From NCBI GenBank assembly GCA_977020255.1, contig CDROCS010005425.1:62001-126000 (forward strand): 64,000 bases of DNA, read 5' to 3'. Positions 1 to 14,147 of the stretch are shown here, one piece after another. The notes beneath the pieces were generated by a model. It saw only the letters and a list, made by a program, of their open reading frames with translations, was not told the origin of the DNA and made no database searches. Within the stretch, counting starts at the first letter, position 1, and every line of letters begins with the position of its first letter. This stretch comes from Obrimoposthia wandeli. Its lineage: Eukaryota. The position numbers were made by a program, and so were the translations under genes.

Positions 1-499
1 TCAACTCTTCATTTTCTTTACTTATTTTCCAATTATCTAGTTCAGTGCACAAAAAACTCTAAATGTGCTATAATCTCCATGACAAAACAGAAAAAAACTT
101 TATGTACGGGTGTCGGATTTCTCAACTTTCTACAATTTTATTTTTTTATCTTACGAAATTTAAAGCTATAAATTAAATAAAAATCATCAGTAATATCTTC
201 TATATGTGTACCTGAAACATACTATAAGGATTTGATTTGACAGCTTTATCTATGGTCATATGAGCTCCACAATCTACTTGGCTTCTAAGTCAGTGATTAC
301 CGACTATAACTTTTCAAATAATCTCTGAGTGGTTCTTTCTTAAGCAAAACCTTCATTAACCGCTATATTTATATTTCTGGGTGCATCTTATGCTTTCTGA
401 CCTAATTAATATTTATATAAAAATAAACCGTTTTGGTTCCGATCCGTACCAAACTTTGGTTCACATTTTTAATATGAAAATTATAAAATTGTTCTTATA

Positions 500-1272
500 T
501 ATTTAATAAATGCGTCATAGATGAATAAAATTTACTTTTAATATTCAACTATTTAGTTTATGATTTTGGCTTTTACTATTACTATTTAATTTAAACAAGT
601 AGCTTTGACTACATTTTCATTCACAGGGCACTCTTTTCTGTATGTTGTTTGAATGGAAACTTTGGTTAAACATACATCGATAGATAATAGTAGTATTTTG
701 GATGCAAGAAACAGTTTGTTGTTCCAGATATCCAAGCTCTAATGTGCAAAGTATCTAGACATTCGATTTATGGAGCTCTTTAAAGAATAAAGCCGAAGCA
801 AAAATAACAAAGCATCGTGCAGAAAGAAATATGGAATTTTTCAACTATGAAGCTGGTGGAGTCAAAATCTTCAAAGTGAAAAATATCAGAATTTGTTGTG
901 GTGGAGATATCGAATACTGTGACTGTAGACGAGTTATTTGCTCAAGATATGGCACAACCACATGTGTCAAAATAATCAAGGATATACTTGAACAATATTA
1001 ACAAATGTTTTAAAGTGGCCCATTCTTTCTCCATATCTTCGATTGAAAATCTCCGAGGATTACTGGTAAGATGTCTTTACAAAGATGGCCATCAATTTAA
1101 TTCAACGAATGATCTGAAAAAGAAAATTATTAAACAACTGACTGTTTTGACAGAATATGAGGTGTTAAACTTTAGTGAAAACATGGATGACGGACTCTTT
1201 TTTCGTATTATTAAAAAGGCCTGGCTACAAAATATTTCCAGTTTTGATATTTCACCTTTTGGTAAAAACTGA
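500..1272 (+). mobile_element. Decayed Tc1/Tc3-like DDE transposase relic
   Basis: Translation QDMAQPH...SIENLRGLLVRCLYKDGHQFNSTNDLKKKI resembles the Tc1-family QDNAxxH...PIENLWGxLxRxVY C-terminal catalytic region. Contains stops; 5' limit is approximate. Confidence 0.65.
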
Positions 1273-2269
1273 TTATTGTTTACTATAATTAACTATTTAT
1301 TATTAACCACTTCGCTGTAGTTTTCATATAAACCTTACTTTTATTTTTAAAAATAACCCTGAGTATATTTATATTTTAAATTACATTATAACCAGAGTAT
1401 ATACTTTGTACTAAGAAAAATTGGACGCTGTTAAAATGTTCAAAAATCCTATTTTAAGTAATGATCAATTAAATTAAAACATTAAGAAATACAATTACAC
1501 GAGAAAAGGTGGACATTTAAGATAATACGCCGGATTTAGAAGTTCTCACTGACATGTGAGTCTAAAATAGTCATCTTGACAATAAGTACATGTTGGAAAT
1601 TTCTAGTCGATGTTTATTTTTCGGTTATTTGTAAGTAAGTCCATTACCATATCGAGGATAATTGTTTTCAAAATGGTATTCAAAATTGTATTTCAAGTAT
1701 AAAATTAAATTATTTGCTTTCTGTCTTTTTAAATAGGGTTCGTTTGCTATTTTTCGTCTTCATTTTTCATTTCATTTTCTGTGAATCCATCGTAAAGAAA
1801 AAACACTTTGCCAGAATACATATATTTATTTCTGGAAATTTTACATTTGAATTCAGATAAAGTTAAATCTACTTGAAACTATCTTCATTACGCATTGTAA
1901 AGGTTGATCGATAATATTTTTATGAAATCTTTTCAATTTTCATTTGAGATTAAAAAAGTATATCAACATAAATTTCCTCCGAAACATAACGACGAAACGC
2001 TGCATAATATCAGAAAAATGTTGCAAATTATCTGTGTGTCGGGAAAATTACCTCATTGTCTATGTCTATTCCCATTATCTATTTTTAGGAGATTTCTATT
2101 ATATTATTAAAAAAGCGGTTTTGATAACGATGGAAACCTCATAACACTAAAATATATTATATTAACTTCATATTGACAACATAACAATAATATATTTAAA
2201 ATAGAACTATTATATATTAAATTTAAAGTGCCTCCTGTTGTCTATTATTCTTTAGGTAAAATTACAAAG

Positions 2270-2880
2270 TCTTCAGCTGCTCTTAAATTTTTCAAAATTA
2301 CAGTTTCTTATATCCATCAGTAAATTGTTGTCAAGATTAGGGGAATATATTTCAAATATTACGTCACTCTGTTTATTATTTTTGGATTTCTTAACCAAGC
2401 TGTAGTGATCACCGTTGCTCTTAAGATGCTTATACATGCTCACTGCACCAGGATCGAGAAGAGCATATACGTGTTGGGTTTTTGTCTGAGAATTTTCTTT
2501 GAAAATAAGTAGGATCGTGATTTCACAAACATTGAATTCTGACAATAATTGGTAGCCAATGAAGGGTCATCAAATGTGCACTTGTACTAGCACTTTTCTT
2601 TAATTTGAATATATTTTTGGCGACTTTGTTTAAAATGTTTTGATATTAATATCAAATACAAAAGTAATATTTAATGAATATATTGCAAAAGTAAAACCCC
2701 TGTTGAATATACATTGAATATATCAACATTTGCAAAGTTAATAAAAAATAAACTTTCTGAATTATATTTTTATTGATGTTAATCAACAAAATGTATTTTT
2801 CCAAACTTTCAGATTTTTTCTGGTTTTCAGTGTGACAGTCGATATTTAAAATCTTGCCTGAGCTCTTCGACAATCTGAGC
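2270..2880 (-). mobile_element. L2/CR1-type LINE ORF2 3' end relic
   Basis: Minus strand reads SAHLMTLHWLPIIVRIQ and NNLLMDIRNCNFEKFKSS, typical of the L2/CR1 C-terminal region (LHWLP..RI; LP.DIRN...FK). Related to the copy at 23900-24290. Confidence 0.6.
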
Positions 2881-3769
2881 TATGTTGACCACTGACTCTT
2901 GTGTTCTGACTGGACCACTCATCTTCTCTGAGCTTTAAACACACCAATTCAATTGGGTTTAGGAACTTTCTGCAGCAAGTGTCTTACAATTAAATCCCAA
3001 AGACATTAATTGATGCAAACATATAACCATTTCTAGTTTCATTTACGAAATTGAGACGAATTTTGAGACTGCATTTCAGTCTTATTTATGTATAGAAGTG
3101 ATAAATAATACCCGTATGCGTCCAAAACACCCCATACATTTTCCTTATTTTGTAGGATGGAAGTGAATTTTAGTTATGGTATTGACTTACGTTATTTGGC
3201 CTGTATATTAAAATACACACAAACACGTGTGTATGTGTGTCTATGTAATTGTATTTTAGATAAGTGGTCCATTTATAATGAATGTAGTATTTTGTTCTTA
3301 TTATTGGATGCATGATATTGCCGAGTGCATGAGCTGCTTTGTTCCATACAACAGGGAGGCCAACACGTCAATCTTGCAAGGTTTTCTAGTCGATCGCGAT
3401 CTAGTATTTCTAGCAACTGTATTGCGCCTCAAGAAATAAAAGAAAGACATTCAAATTAATTATGTGATTTTAAGTGATTTTATTGGTAAAATGAGCGTAT
3501 TGAATCTAGAATTACAGGGTTAAAATAGAACATCCAGGGCAATGAAGAGCACTGCTGCTTTTAAGAATCAAATCCCATTATTCAAATTTGATCTTCGACA
3601 ATGAAAGTTCTAGTGTTTCAAATAAATAAATAAATATTCTGGTTTATAAATTAATAAATACTTATTTAGGCTTGTCATTATTCTATAATTTATTCCTTCT
3701 CTAACTGTAAACCAAACAAGTTTCTTTAAATGTACAGCTGGTCAAGGTGACAATTCTAAAGGTAGATAT

Positions 3770-4100
3770 TTATTTTACAAGCGAGACATATATTTGGAAA
3801 TGCTGCGTGAACAGTTTATCCAATACTTAATCGTTCAGAAAGACAAATGATGAACTTCATGTATGGCGGTGCACCTCCTCACTGGGGTTTGATTGTAAGA
3901 AGTTGGTTGGATGAGATGTTTCACAACAGGTGAATGGGTCGTGGATCGCCAGCAATGCCTTGGTTTCCTCGTTCATAAGACCTAACTCTTTGTGATTATT
4001 TTCTGTTGGGGTTCATAAGTTAAATAGTGTGATGGGACTAAAATAAATCAGGGGGGTTTTTCAGTTAATAAACCAAGATATACTTTCTGATATTTTTGAG
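3770..4100 (+). mobile_element. Tc1/mariner (maT/rosa-like) transposase relic
   Basis: Reads GGAPPHWGLIVRSWLDEMFHNR*MGRGSPAMPWFPRS*DLTLCDYFLLGF, matching QDGAPPH...WIGR...WPPRSPDLTPxDFFLWG with stops. Confidence 0.75.
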
Positions 4101-7100
4101 AATTATCACGGTTATCTTCATCCAGTAATTGAAGAAACTGTAAAACATATAGAACTCTATAAAAGAAAGAAAAGACAATGCTAAATGTAAAGTTTGATAT
4201 AAATAATATGGTTTTGAAATCCGTCCTTCAATTTTTGATTTAATACATTTTTTAAATCTCTACATTTACAGTTGTCACTCTGTGCTTTTGCGCTTTTAAT
4301 ATAAAACGTACACATTGGAAATTGTATAATAGATCATTTTGAAAGTATAGTTAAATGAACCTATAGCTCATGTAATTTATGTTGGTTTTTAAAAGTTCTT
4401 TCTAATTTTATATTTTTTTATTCTTGTTTACATGTTCTATCTGTTTTATTTCTTTGCGAGACCATGGTTAAATTTTAATCAAATACGCAACCAATATTTT
4501 TAATTTGCTATTAAATTCAATAAATTCGATAACTGTGAGGACTGCCATCAATTTATCAATATTTTTGTTGAACCGAATAAATTAGCTTCAGTTTAGTTCG
4601 CATTTAATTTCAAAATTATATTGCTTTATTTATATATAATCACAACATCGAATTCAACAGGTAATTTTGCAATAAAGTTTCTGTTTGTCTCATACAATTT
4701 GAGAATAAAATTAATCCAAGTATGGAACCCCGTGGAACGGCTGACTTTACAAACTGGTGTTTTGAAATATAATCACCAATATCAACAACTTGTTTCCGGG
4801 TAACTTTAAACCAATCTAATTCGACGTTCAGTACACCTATTTCCTATTATTCATTTGATGGTTGTTGTGTTTTGGGAAAATTCGTTGTTTAAAGCAGCTC
4901 AACAAACACCTGTTTTCGTTGTCATTACTGTTTTCTTCATCCGTTAGCTTCCGGATTAAGTGGTTAGTGCTAAAACATTGTAAATATATATTAGGCCACA
5001 TCGTAAAAAGGAAAAGTTGAAAATCTAATCTATACCAGTGATCGTTAGGTGCACTATCTCGATCTTATTGTGTTTGCAAATCCTCAGATCAATCAGATGT
5101 GATCTAACCCCCACACATTGGACTTTTATAGTACTACTTCTAGTAGATAAGTTCGTGAAAAAAATAAAAGACACTATTAAAAGCATTTTCAACATACATT
5201 TTTATCAAAAGGTTTATAAACATTAAGGAAACTGTTACGTTAATATTTAAAATATTTCTTTGATCGAAAGAAAGGGGACATTTTGTTTCTTGAAAATTGT
5301 GTAGATCAAATATATTAGATGACGACACTCTCTCCCAAAAATTCCCTCCGATTTTGCATATTGAAATTTACCATGTTTCCAAGCGCTTGAGAATATATAT
5401 TTACATTAGTTGTAATTATTTTTAAGAGAAAATCCCCAAAGACAGTGAAATATCTTTTTGCTGTTGTTTTGGTTTTTCATTCAATTTACTGAACTATTTT
5501 GCCTTCTTTTTAATCAGAGGGAGTAAAAATAAATCCATCTCCCTAACCTTTTTGGAAAAGAAGGTAATATAGCATAAGCAGGTTAACATGGTTGTATGTG
5601 TACAGAGGTTGATAGAGGGTTGGCAAGTAAAAATTTAGCCTCATCCATAAACAAATAAGGGAAATAAAAAACTGAAACAAGACCCAAAAAATCCGTAAAC
5701 CTAATCCATTTATGGAAAAGACCTTATCCCAGAAGAAATTACACCCAATGGCTTTTAGACCCCCCTCGTGCAACAGGATTACACAAAAAATAAAATTACA
5801 AACGGTATTAAAACATGTCAACTAAAAAACGATTAATGGTAACTAGACTAACTGAATAACCACAGAATAATGTTTAAAGCTATGTTTTCGAATAATCAAG
5901 AAACGACATAATTTTTACTTCTAAATATCTAAACAACATGTGGAACTTTTTATTTGTACCAAATTTACATTTCATTGAATGTTTTTGGTTAACTCCGTTT
6001 TTTGCAAAGTCGGTGAATCCAAAATAATTTCCCACTGAAGATGGGCATTAAATTTTGTTCTTGAGAATTAATTCGTTATATCTGGGTATGTAATTTGTGG
6101 ACCTGACTGTAGTATAATTGATATGCTCTCTGCTATGATGTAGGTTATAGCATCAATAAATTTTACATCCTACTCAAAATGAGACGTTTATATCCTCAAA
6201 CCCGGCATCGAGGTCACAATTGAAACAGTTTGTGGCCATTGGATGGACTCCGGAAACGAGTTCTGACATTGTCACCAGCGGGAAATAAGTTCCGCATCTC
6301 AGTTTGGCTTACTGCTAACTGCTAGAGACTGCTTGATTGTTCATCTGGATCTTCTTTCCACACCGGAGCTTATGCGAAGTAGAGATAATACATTTAAATG
6401 ACACCTTCCTATTTTATTTGATTCATTTGTTTTATGTTGTTGAGAAACATAATTTGATACTATGGCTTCTCCTAGTTTTATCAAATAGTTTCGCTTTCTG
6501 TCTGATCTTTTCGAGTAGTCTGGAAAAACTAACTTATGGAGTATAAATGCATTGAAACATGAAAATTTAATAAAGTACATCTATAATATAATTGATTTTA
6601 TAATAAATGTAAATATAGATGAAAGTTGTCTTTTATATATTATCACTTTCCGATTCAATTTATTTAAACTAAAATTATTTCGAGAAATTTTAACAAATTT
6701 GTTCATTTTAACGAAAACAACTTTATTACATTTCATAATGTTCTTGTTTTTGGATAATTTCCCTTAATATCATTGGAAAATACTACTTAACATAAATCCC
6801 TAAATATATTCCCATAATATCGATTGTACTTTAATGCTCTTTGTAATTTGTCAAGATACTCTGTTTCTCTCCACACTTAATGTCTCAGTACGGAAACTTG
6901 AGAAAAATATATTTAACCTGACAAAACTTTACAATACACAGCCAAATTTTACAGAGAAGTAATTTAAAGTACACTTTCTTTATTATTATCTAATCTTTTT
7001 AAATGTTACGTTTCTAGACATATTTGTGAAAAATATCAGTTAAATTTTTCAGTAATCCTCAACAATTATCTGCTCTCCTTGAATACATACAAAACTATTG

Positions 7101-7959
7101 GTTATGCTATGTGGAAGTGATCTCAAACTCAAATGGCATGCGGTCGACAGAAAAGCAACACTCTGTGTAAATTTCTTTTGATTCATAGAAATCTTGATAT
7201 GAAAATTAAAAACGATTTAAAGCACTAAACTTTATTGCTTTAATTACTGTTTCCATAACATCGATCATATAGTATTTTAAGTATATTGGCATTGATTGTT
7301 TCGTATGTGTACCTATTTTATGAGAAAAGATATTTTAACATTATGTATTGAGTATTTTATACATTTGTTATAAGGTTGTCCTATGTGAAATGTCTAATTT
7401 TTATTGATAAGTTACAATAGTTAAATTATATACTTTATTGTATTACTTTGGTACCATTACTTAAAATAAATTCATAGGTATGTAAAAAAATCTTATTTTC
7501 CCTCAGAGAAGAAAAACGCGTAATATTGTTATTTGAATGGAAAAGGTCATAATGCGGTTGAAGCATCAAACATATTGAAAAAGTACGATGGGAAGAGTAA
7601 AAATTAGTCCTGATTTTATTCCAACGAAATAATCCGTTTCTCAATCTAAATCTTCTTGATTACTTCGCTATTTACAAAGTCACAAATTAATAGTCATGTG
7701 TGACTAAAGTTACGACTTTTTTAAGAGTCAAATAAACAGATACTTTAATTCTAAATATAAGATATCAAAATGATTAAATACACAGTTTATAAAATTAACA
7801 TTTCATTTTTTTGTGTTTATCAATATTAATACAAAATTATTTAGAAATCGTAATCTACTTTATGACTTTATTTCTTAGAAGAATTGCATGGCAAAAATAT
7901 TCTGAATAACTGTAATTTACTGCATATACACACATCATATACACAAAATAGAAATAAAC

Positions 7960-8570
7960 TCAGAACATAGTTCGGTAAGGGTTGAACAATGCACACTTGA
8001 CTGCGGTTTAAATCACCACAAGCATCCCAAAATACACTGTGCAGTTGATCTGGTGTAGTAAATGCCTAATATTTGCATACCTCTCTTTATACTAACATAA
8101 TGGCTTAATTTTATATATTGGGATTTGTTGCCATGGTGCAATAGACTGTTTCAACTCCTTGCTGGGGTGGGCTTGGATATCTCAAGGATGGTGCGCAAAA
8201 TCGATAGCTTGAATAATCACCTTTATGTTACAGCAATAGCAAATGATGCTTCATCAACTCTTAACTAATATGAATACAACAGATGTTTCACAGCTTGGAT
8301 CCAGTAAATCCCACTCATTCAGACGCGATGTCAATTTGAGGAGTATCCTTGGACAATTCTTGTATGAAGTCATTATCCTTGTCTTGGGCTTCGGGAGAAA
8401 TCTCTTCTTCTGACAATTATTGAACTTGAGGTAGGTCAGTGTTTGGCAATCCATTACAATGAGGCACTGATGCATTGGATTATGGCATTTTTCTGATCTT
8501 ACATTTTGGAATGTTAATCATGGGAAAATAACAATCGGTATAGTGATTGGTATTGTCTGTATTCTGTTTG
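7960..8570 (-). mobile_element. Chapaev3-like (CMC) transposase relic
   Basis: Ordered degenerate motifs NHYTDCYF, SNASVPHCNGLP, LTSRLNEWDLLDP, LLHHGNK, YANIRHLLHQIN, WDACGDL. These match from memory the order NHxxDCYFC / SAIRPVPH / LASRLKEWNLL / LLHNGN / WxICGDL; family name is from recall. Confidence 0.55.
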
Positions 8571-9594
8571 TACATTCCGACAGATATAAAATGCTATATT
8601 CTGTTATTCAGTAAATATATGCTTCTTTTAAAAAAAGGCCATTTATGATACGTTACAATAAAATGACTGTCAGTTTATGAATCAGCATCACCGGATTACT
8701 CTGTAAACATTAAAAAAACAAGACAAACAAAATTTTGTTAGTCTGCATATTAGTCTGATTATTTGTATATCGTTAACGCACCCTTTAATCAGATAAATAT
8801 GGCAAACTAACTGATTAAAGGGTTCCAATTTTAAAAGAATATATGAACTTGTACCACATACGTATTACAATATGGAAAATTAGATATTTTTATTTAGATT
8901 GTAAAATGAAACAAACAATAATCTGCTTGTATTATTTATTCATTAACATTGTGAGCATCAATTTGATATTCAATGTTTCTTTAATTTTAATGGTTCATTC
9001 ATTATTTAATCATTTTAGGTGTTTTTAAATTATTTGTCAACTTCATATTAAAAGGTAGTTTCAAAAAGAGATGAGAAAATGGGTATAATACTTTTTACAA
9101 TTAAAGTATTGTTAAAATAAATCATCTGTATTGATTTATAGACTATTTAAATGTACTTAATATGTACTTACATAATTAAAATAGATTCTGAATGAAATTG
9201 GGTAGCGTGCTTCATCGTAAAAAAATTTCATGTGGGCAAAAATGCGTTAAATGTAAGTCAAATAATTTAAAATTTAGTGAGATATTTGATGATCCTTTCG
9301 TTAAAAACAGCACTGCATAACTTTACTTTCGCTCTTTAACGAAATAGCACATTTCTAGTCTAAATGAAATGTTTTTGAAAAATGTTCCATCTCGTCAGGA
9401 TTGGAAATATTGACATAATCAGAAAACACATGTTTATATACAAAATAAGGGTTTGACATTTAACGATATGTTACAAAAATCTGAAATGGTTTCAATTAGA
9501 TTCCATTGTCACAAACATTGCAGCTTTTATGATGTCTCACGAAGTCAAACCATCAAATTGTTATTTTGTGTTTGAAAATGTGTCTTGACGAAAT

Positions 9595-9883
9595 GAATTC
9601 TTTTTATAACATTTTCGTAATAAGCTGAACATTTACACTGATAATATGCTATTTCGTTAAAAGAAAAAGTTAAATTCGGTTTCAAGTATTTTAACGAGCA
9701 AAAAACTCTTCTAATTTTGCGCTACATTTATTCAAATTTTATTCGGATTATTCGATCAATATAATCGCAGTCCTATTCTCATTGACATTTCTAGAGATCC
9801 AATTTTGAATAAACAAGGCCGGCGTTTCCATTCTGGACAAATCCATGTGAAACATTGTCGAATTCCATTTACCGGGACATTTG
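9595..9883 (+). repeat. Dispersed repeat, copy 1 (inverted relative to 39022-39259)
   Basis: About 240 bp match the reverse complement of 39022-39259 (e.g. caaggccggcgtttccattctggacaaatcc vs ggatttgtccagaatggaaacaccggccttg). Confidence 0.8.
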
Positions 9884-12800
9884 CATTTAATTTCAATGAT
9901 CACCTTCCTGTTTTGTTGATGTCATTAAATATCGATTATTCGTGAAAGGTTTTGGCAGGTTTGTTGCAAACTAAATATATGTTGTTACAATTTGATTTTC
10001 CGAACCAAATTTAGTGACTCAGCAATCTTTAGTTTTTTCAGTAATTTATAATATTGATATCATACATCGTGACAAGCATTCAAAGGTGCCAACTAGCATA
10101 CAGCAAAGTTATTAGTGTACAATATGTATTTGTTAGAAAATAATTTTATAGAATCTTGCCCATAACATGATTAATTTAAATGTTATTATGTGTCCCAATT
10201 CCCTAATCTATTTTTGTGTGTACCTTGCCTCAAAACATACGCAAAACTACAATTCGAACAAAAGAATGCTGAAATGAACTAATATTTTTACAGTATAGGG
10301 ATTACACGGGATAGAGTATTTACAAATAAACTGCAATATCTTTTAATAATATAATTACTTCTTTAAGAGATGGGACATTTTCCAATTAGATAATGTTGCA
10401 AACTCTGTACATCTCAATAATCAGATTTCCATTCATTTTTATCCTTACTTCAGAAGGTAAATAAATATAAACAATACTAAAGATATGATATGCAACACAT
10501 CTTGTTTCCCGAATGATCGAGACCAGGCCTCGGATTGCACATTGACCCAGTTCAGTGTTGAGTCGATCGAAGGGTCAGACACATACACACACTGTCATCA
10601 CTGTCCCTGACACTTAGCATGTGTGTACAGAAATGCGCGTTCAAATCCACTCAGCGGCATGCACTCTCTCTAAAAGTGCACCATGCTGCCATTCGTTCTT
10701 GCTGTCTGTGGACTTTCACATGATCAGCGGTGTGCACCCAACTGGGGGTAAACTGCTGTAAACATAGTGTGCATTCAGGTGTAAAGTCTAGGTCAAGTGT
10801 GTGTCAAATCACAGTACTCAAAATTGCATTTGACTGTAAATTGTAAGAAAATCTATTTCAAAAAAAAATTGCATTGTTTATTTTGATTTTAAATTGATTT
10901 TCACGCTATTCATTTGGTATCTTGGTAACTGAAAGGTTAATGTTACAGATATGGTGAGGTTATAAAATTTGCTATCAAACTTGTCTTTTGAAAAATGAAC
11001 AAATAATATAACAAGAATGCGAGGGAATTATTAAATTTTAATTTTATCTTGATATTATTTTTTAATATAGGTTACATACATCAAATAAAAAGTGACCATA
11101 AATAGAAGAGTGGGAATGGGTCGTAAATTTCTCGGTCTGGCTCTATTTTCATTTTATCTACATATTACCTTTTTTAATGTACTACTTTTATTCATAAGTA
11201 ATAAATTTATGTTCAACTTATTATTATTTAGCAGTAATAACAAAATCATATACCCAGAAAGAAGATAGGGTTAATTGAATAAAATATTCATTTCTGTCAT
11301 ATTTTCACAAGTGTGTATAGAAAAATGCAGCTTAGATATTGATGTACAAGCTTAAGGTTTTACTCTTATGAAACTAAATATATATTTGGAAAGGTTGATT
11401 GTTTATGACAGACAGCATATATCAAAGTCATCGCCAAATCCCATGGATATTCTTGTTACAGTAAGTAAAATGGTTATATGCGTATTATCGCATTTGTAAA
11501 CATAAATAGTGATAGATGACAGAAGTGCACAGAAACAGAGTATGTGGGTCATCGAGCCATGTCGGCCAATTAGCAGCTCCCTAGGAGGCCTGGTACCTTT
11601 TGATCGACTGTAGCTTCTAATTAACACTGCTACAGACTCCATATTTCTTCCACGTATGCAGATCCCCCTCCTTGGATTGGTTAAGGTATCTATATGGTCA
11701 TTCGTGAAATGCGAATATTGAACTGCTGCCTACCTCAAGATCGTCCCAACGGCTCCCATAAACTCCCGTGGTGGAAAAATTACTGTCTGACATGTTATCG
11801 CCACATCTCATTCTATTACAGCTAAATTTTGATACTTACGATCAGAACTCCTGCTGTAACGTACTAGGGAACCAAACTCGGGACGGGGAATGGTTCATTG
11901 GGATGAAACAATCGTGTAAATGTTCAAGGGAACGTAAATTTACGGAATTAAGAGGTCGCTGAATAAATTTACAACTTGCACACACCTGAGTCACATAAAC
12001 AATACAGATAACTGACATTATAATAAACCGTTTCTCTGTACTCACTTTCAACGTCTTCAAGCAGTGCAAAACATTTGCAATACTTTGCTTAGATATTTTT
12101 TTTGTTTTTTCCTGTTTTCATAACGTTTGTTGTAACTCGTGTAACATTATATTCTTTAAAATGTAGGAGTGTAATTTTCCCCGACTTCTCGAAAAGAATA
12201 AAAGTAAAATAGTAAATATTTACCGAACAACTGAAGAACTTTAGTAACTATCGTGTATAGGAATGAATTAATGTTTAAAAAGTGACATGACATTTGCATT
12301 TTGATGATTTAGGAGTTTTCTGTTCATTTCAGAACTTTTCGATAAACAATTTATGATTTTGTGCATTTACGGAAGGCACTTTCTTCATCAAGAGTTATTG
12401 ATTAAAAATGTTACAGCTTGTTATAACTGGCAAAAATCTTGCTATTGTTGATGATTCTTTTGAGCAACAACTACTGACTTGTTTCGTACTTCATACGCCC
12501 TACGGTTTCAAGAGAACGACTCGAGTTGTTTTTCTGACATTTTTCGATTCTACTAGTCAGTCGGTATAGGCTAAGGGAGGGCTACAGTGGCGATGAGTCT
12601 CTTTGTCACCTCTCCATCGCGATCAGGATGATATGGGACAGGAGTGATTATCAATTTGGCACGTATTTGTGGTGCTATAGAAACGTACATGAGCCTACGT
12701 GAGTCTAGTATGTACAGTGACAGAACATTTTGAAAAAGATACAAACTACATATATTTTATTCTATGTATTCCCAGTCCAAAATATACTAATTACACTGAG

Positions 12801-13039
12801 GAACAAAGATTTTGTTCAAATGATACCAACATTTGTTCGTATCTAAATTTGGTGTGTTTAACTCAAATATGCAATTAGATTTTCTCTCTGAGCTCTTCTC
12901 GCATAGTGACATTCTTTATTTTTCAAAAATTGCAGTCTTAAATTAAGCTCAGGACAACTGTTTTTGCATCACAATATACATATAAGAAGGAAAAAAGAGT
13001 TTCTCAGAGTTTAGAGTTCCAATTGGTGACGGAAGGTTG

Positions 13040-13530
13040 GGCTTATATTGCGATCTTTTGGTACATTCGGCTAGGGTGTCTTTGAACTGTATGCCATTTC
13101 TTCTAGCTCGGTGTTATAATCTTCTTCCGATGATACAGAACTCTTTAAATCTGGGACCAGGACTTCCTCAGAGTATGTAGTCTGTCGAATTGCCGAGGGA
13201 AAATAAACAAATGCTATCTAATGCCGAAATTTATTGCTGATACCCTTAGTACCAGGCAGAAACAGCGGTTAGTTATATGATCCTTTGGTTCTCATTTTCC
13301 TTTTACCCAGTCACGTAGCATTTCCTCACAATTATGACACACAGCATGAGGAGCCCATTTCTGTCTGGGTCATCAAGGGACACTTCAAAACACGTTTCAT
13401 AGACACGCCTCACTAACGATGTTAAATAGAAGTGTCTAAAAGGTAAGTACACGTTTTGTCTACTTGAACAAGCCATGATCAAATCTGGAACAAATAGAAA
13501 CAGGTTGACCGTAAGCAGGTTGAATATTCT
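13040..13530 (-). mobile_element. Chapaev3-like transposase N-terminal relic (second copy)
   Basis: Minus strand reads LTSLVRRVYETCFEVSLDDPDR/WAPHAVCHNCEEMLRDWVKGK*EPKDHITNRCFCLV and PSAIRQTTYSEEVLVP, i.e. the WAPHxVCxxC and EPxNHxxDCYFC zinc-binding motifs. Confidence 0.65.
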
Positions 13531-14147
13531 AAAGTGATGACTAAAACAATTAAGAATAATCATATAAAATGCAAGCTGACATTTTCTTCTGCAAAATTTC
13601 CAAAGGAAAATCCTAACTTATTTTTATAACCAAGACAGAAAATTTGATAATAATTTGAATGTTGGACAAAAAACTCACGAAATTTAATAAGTTTAAAATA
13701 AAAAAAAAAAATCATTTAAATACAATTTTTAAAATACAAAAGGAACTTGCGCATCTAACTAGATGTGGGTGTCGTTATTTTGTTGTGAAAAATCACAAAT
13801 ATCAAATTGCATGAAAACTAAAACATAGAGAAATACGAATTTCAGATTTCAAATCAGCTTTGAAAAATCTCAGGCAACATATATTGTTTTTTAATTCTCA
13901 AGTGTTTTTATGCAGTAACTTTATAAATATTTTAAAAAATGTATATCTTATTAATTTTTTATTGATATGGTTAAAAATGTCTTAAGATCTTAAAATTGTG
14001 TAATACGATTCACTGATAATCAAAACATACATTAAAATATTCCTACAATTTCTGAAAGCTGTTTTGATACATATCAACTTCACCTCATTCTACCGTACTC
14101 GACTTATGTTCGTCAGTTTGTATCTCACTAAACGTTTTATTGTGCAG

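Noticed and set aside
1-14147. Canonical B55 N-terminal exons (WCFSQ, GDKGGR, FQSHEPEFDYLKS)
   Set aside because: Not found by eye on +; presumed to lie upstream of the window.
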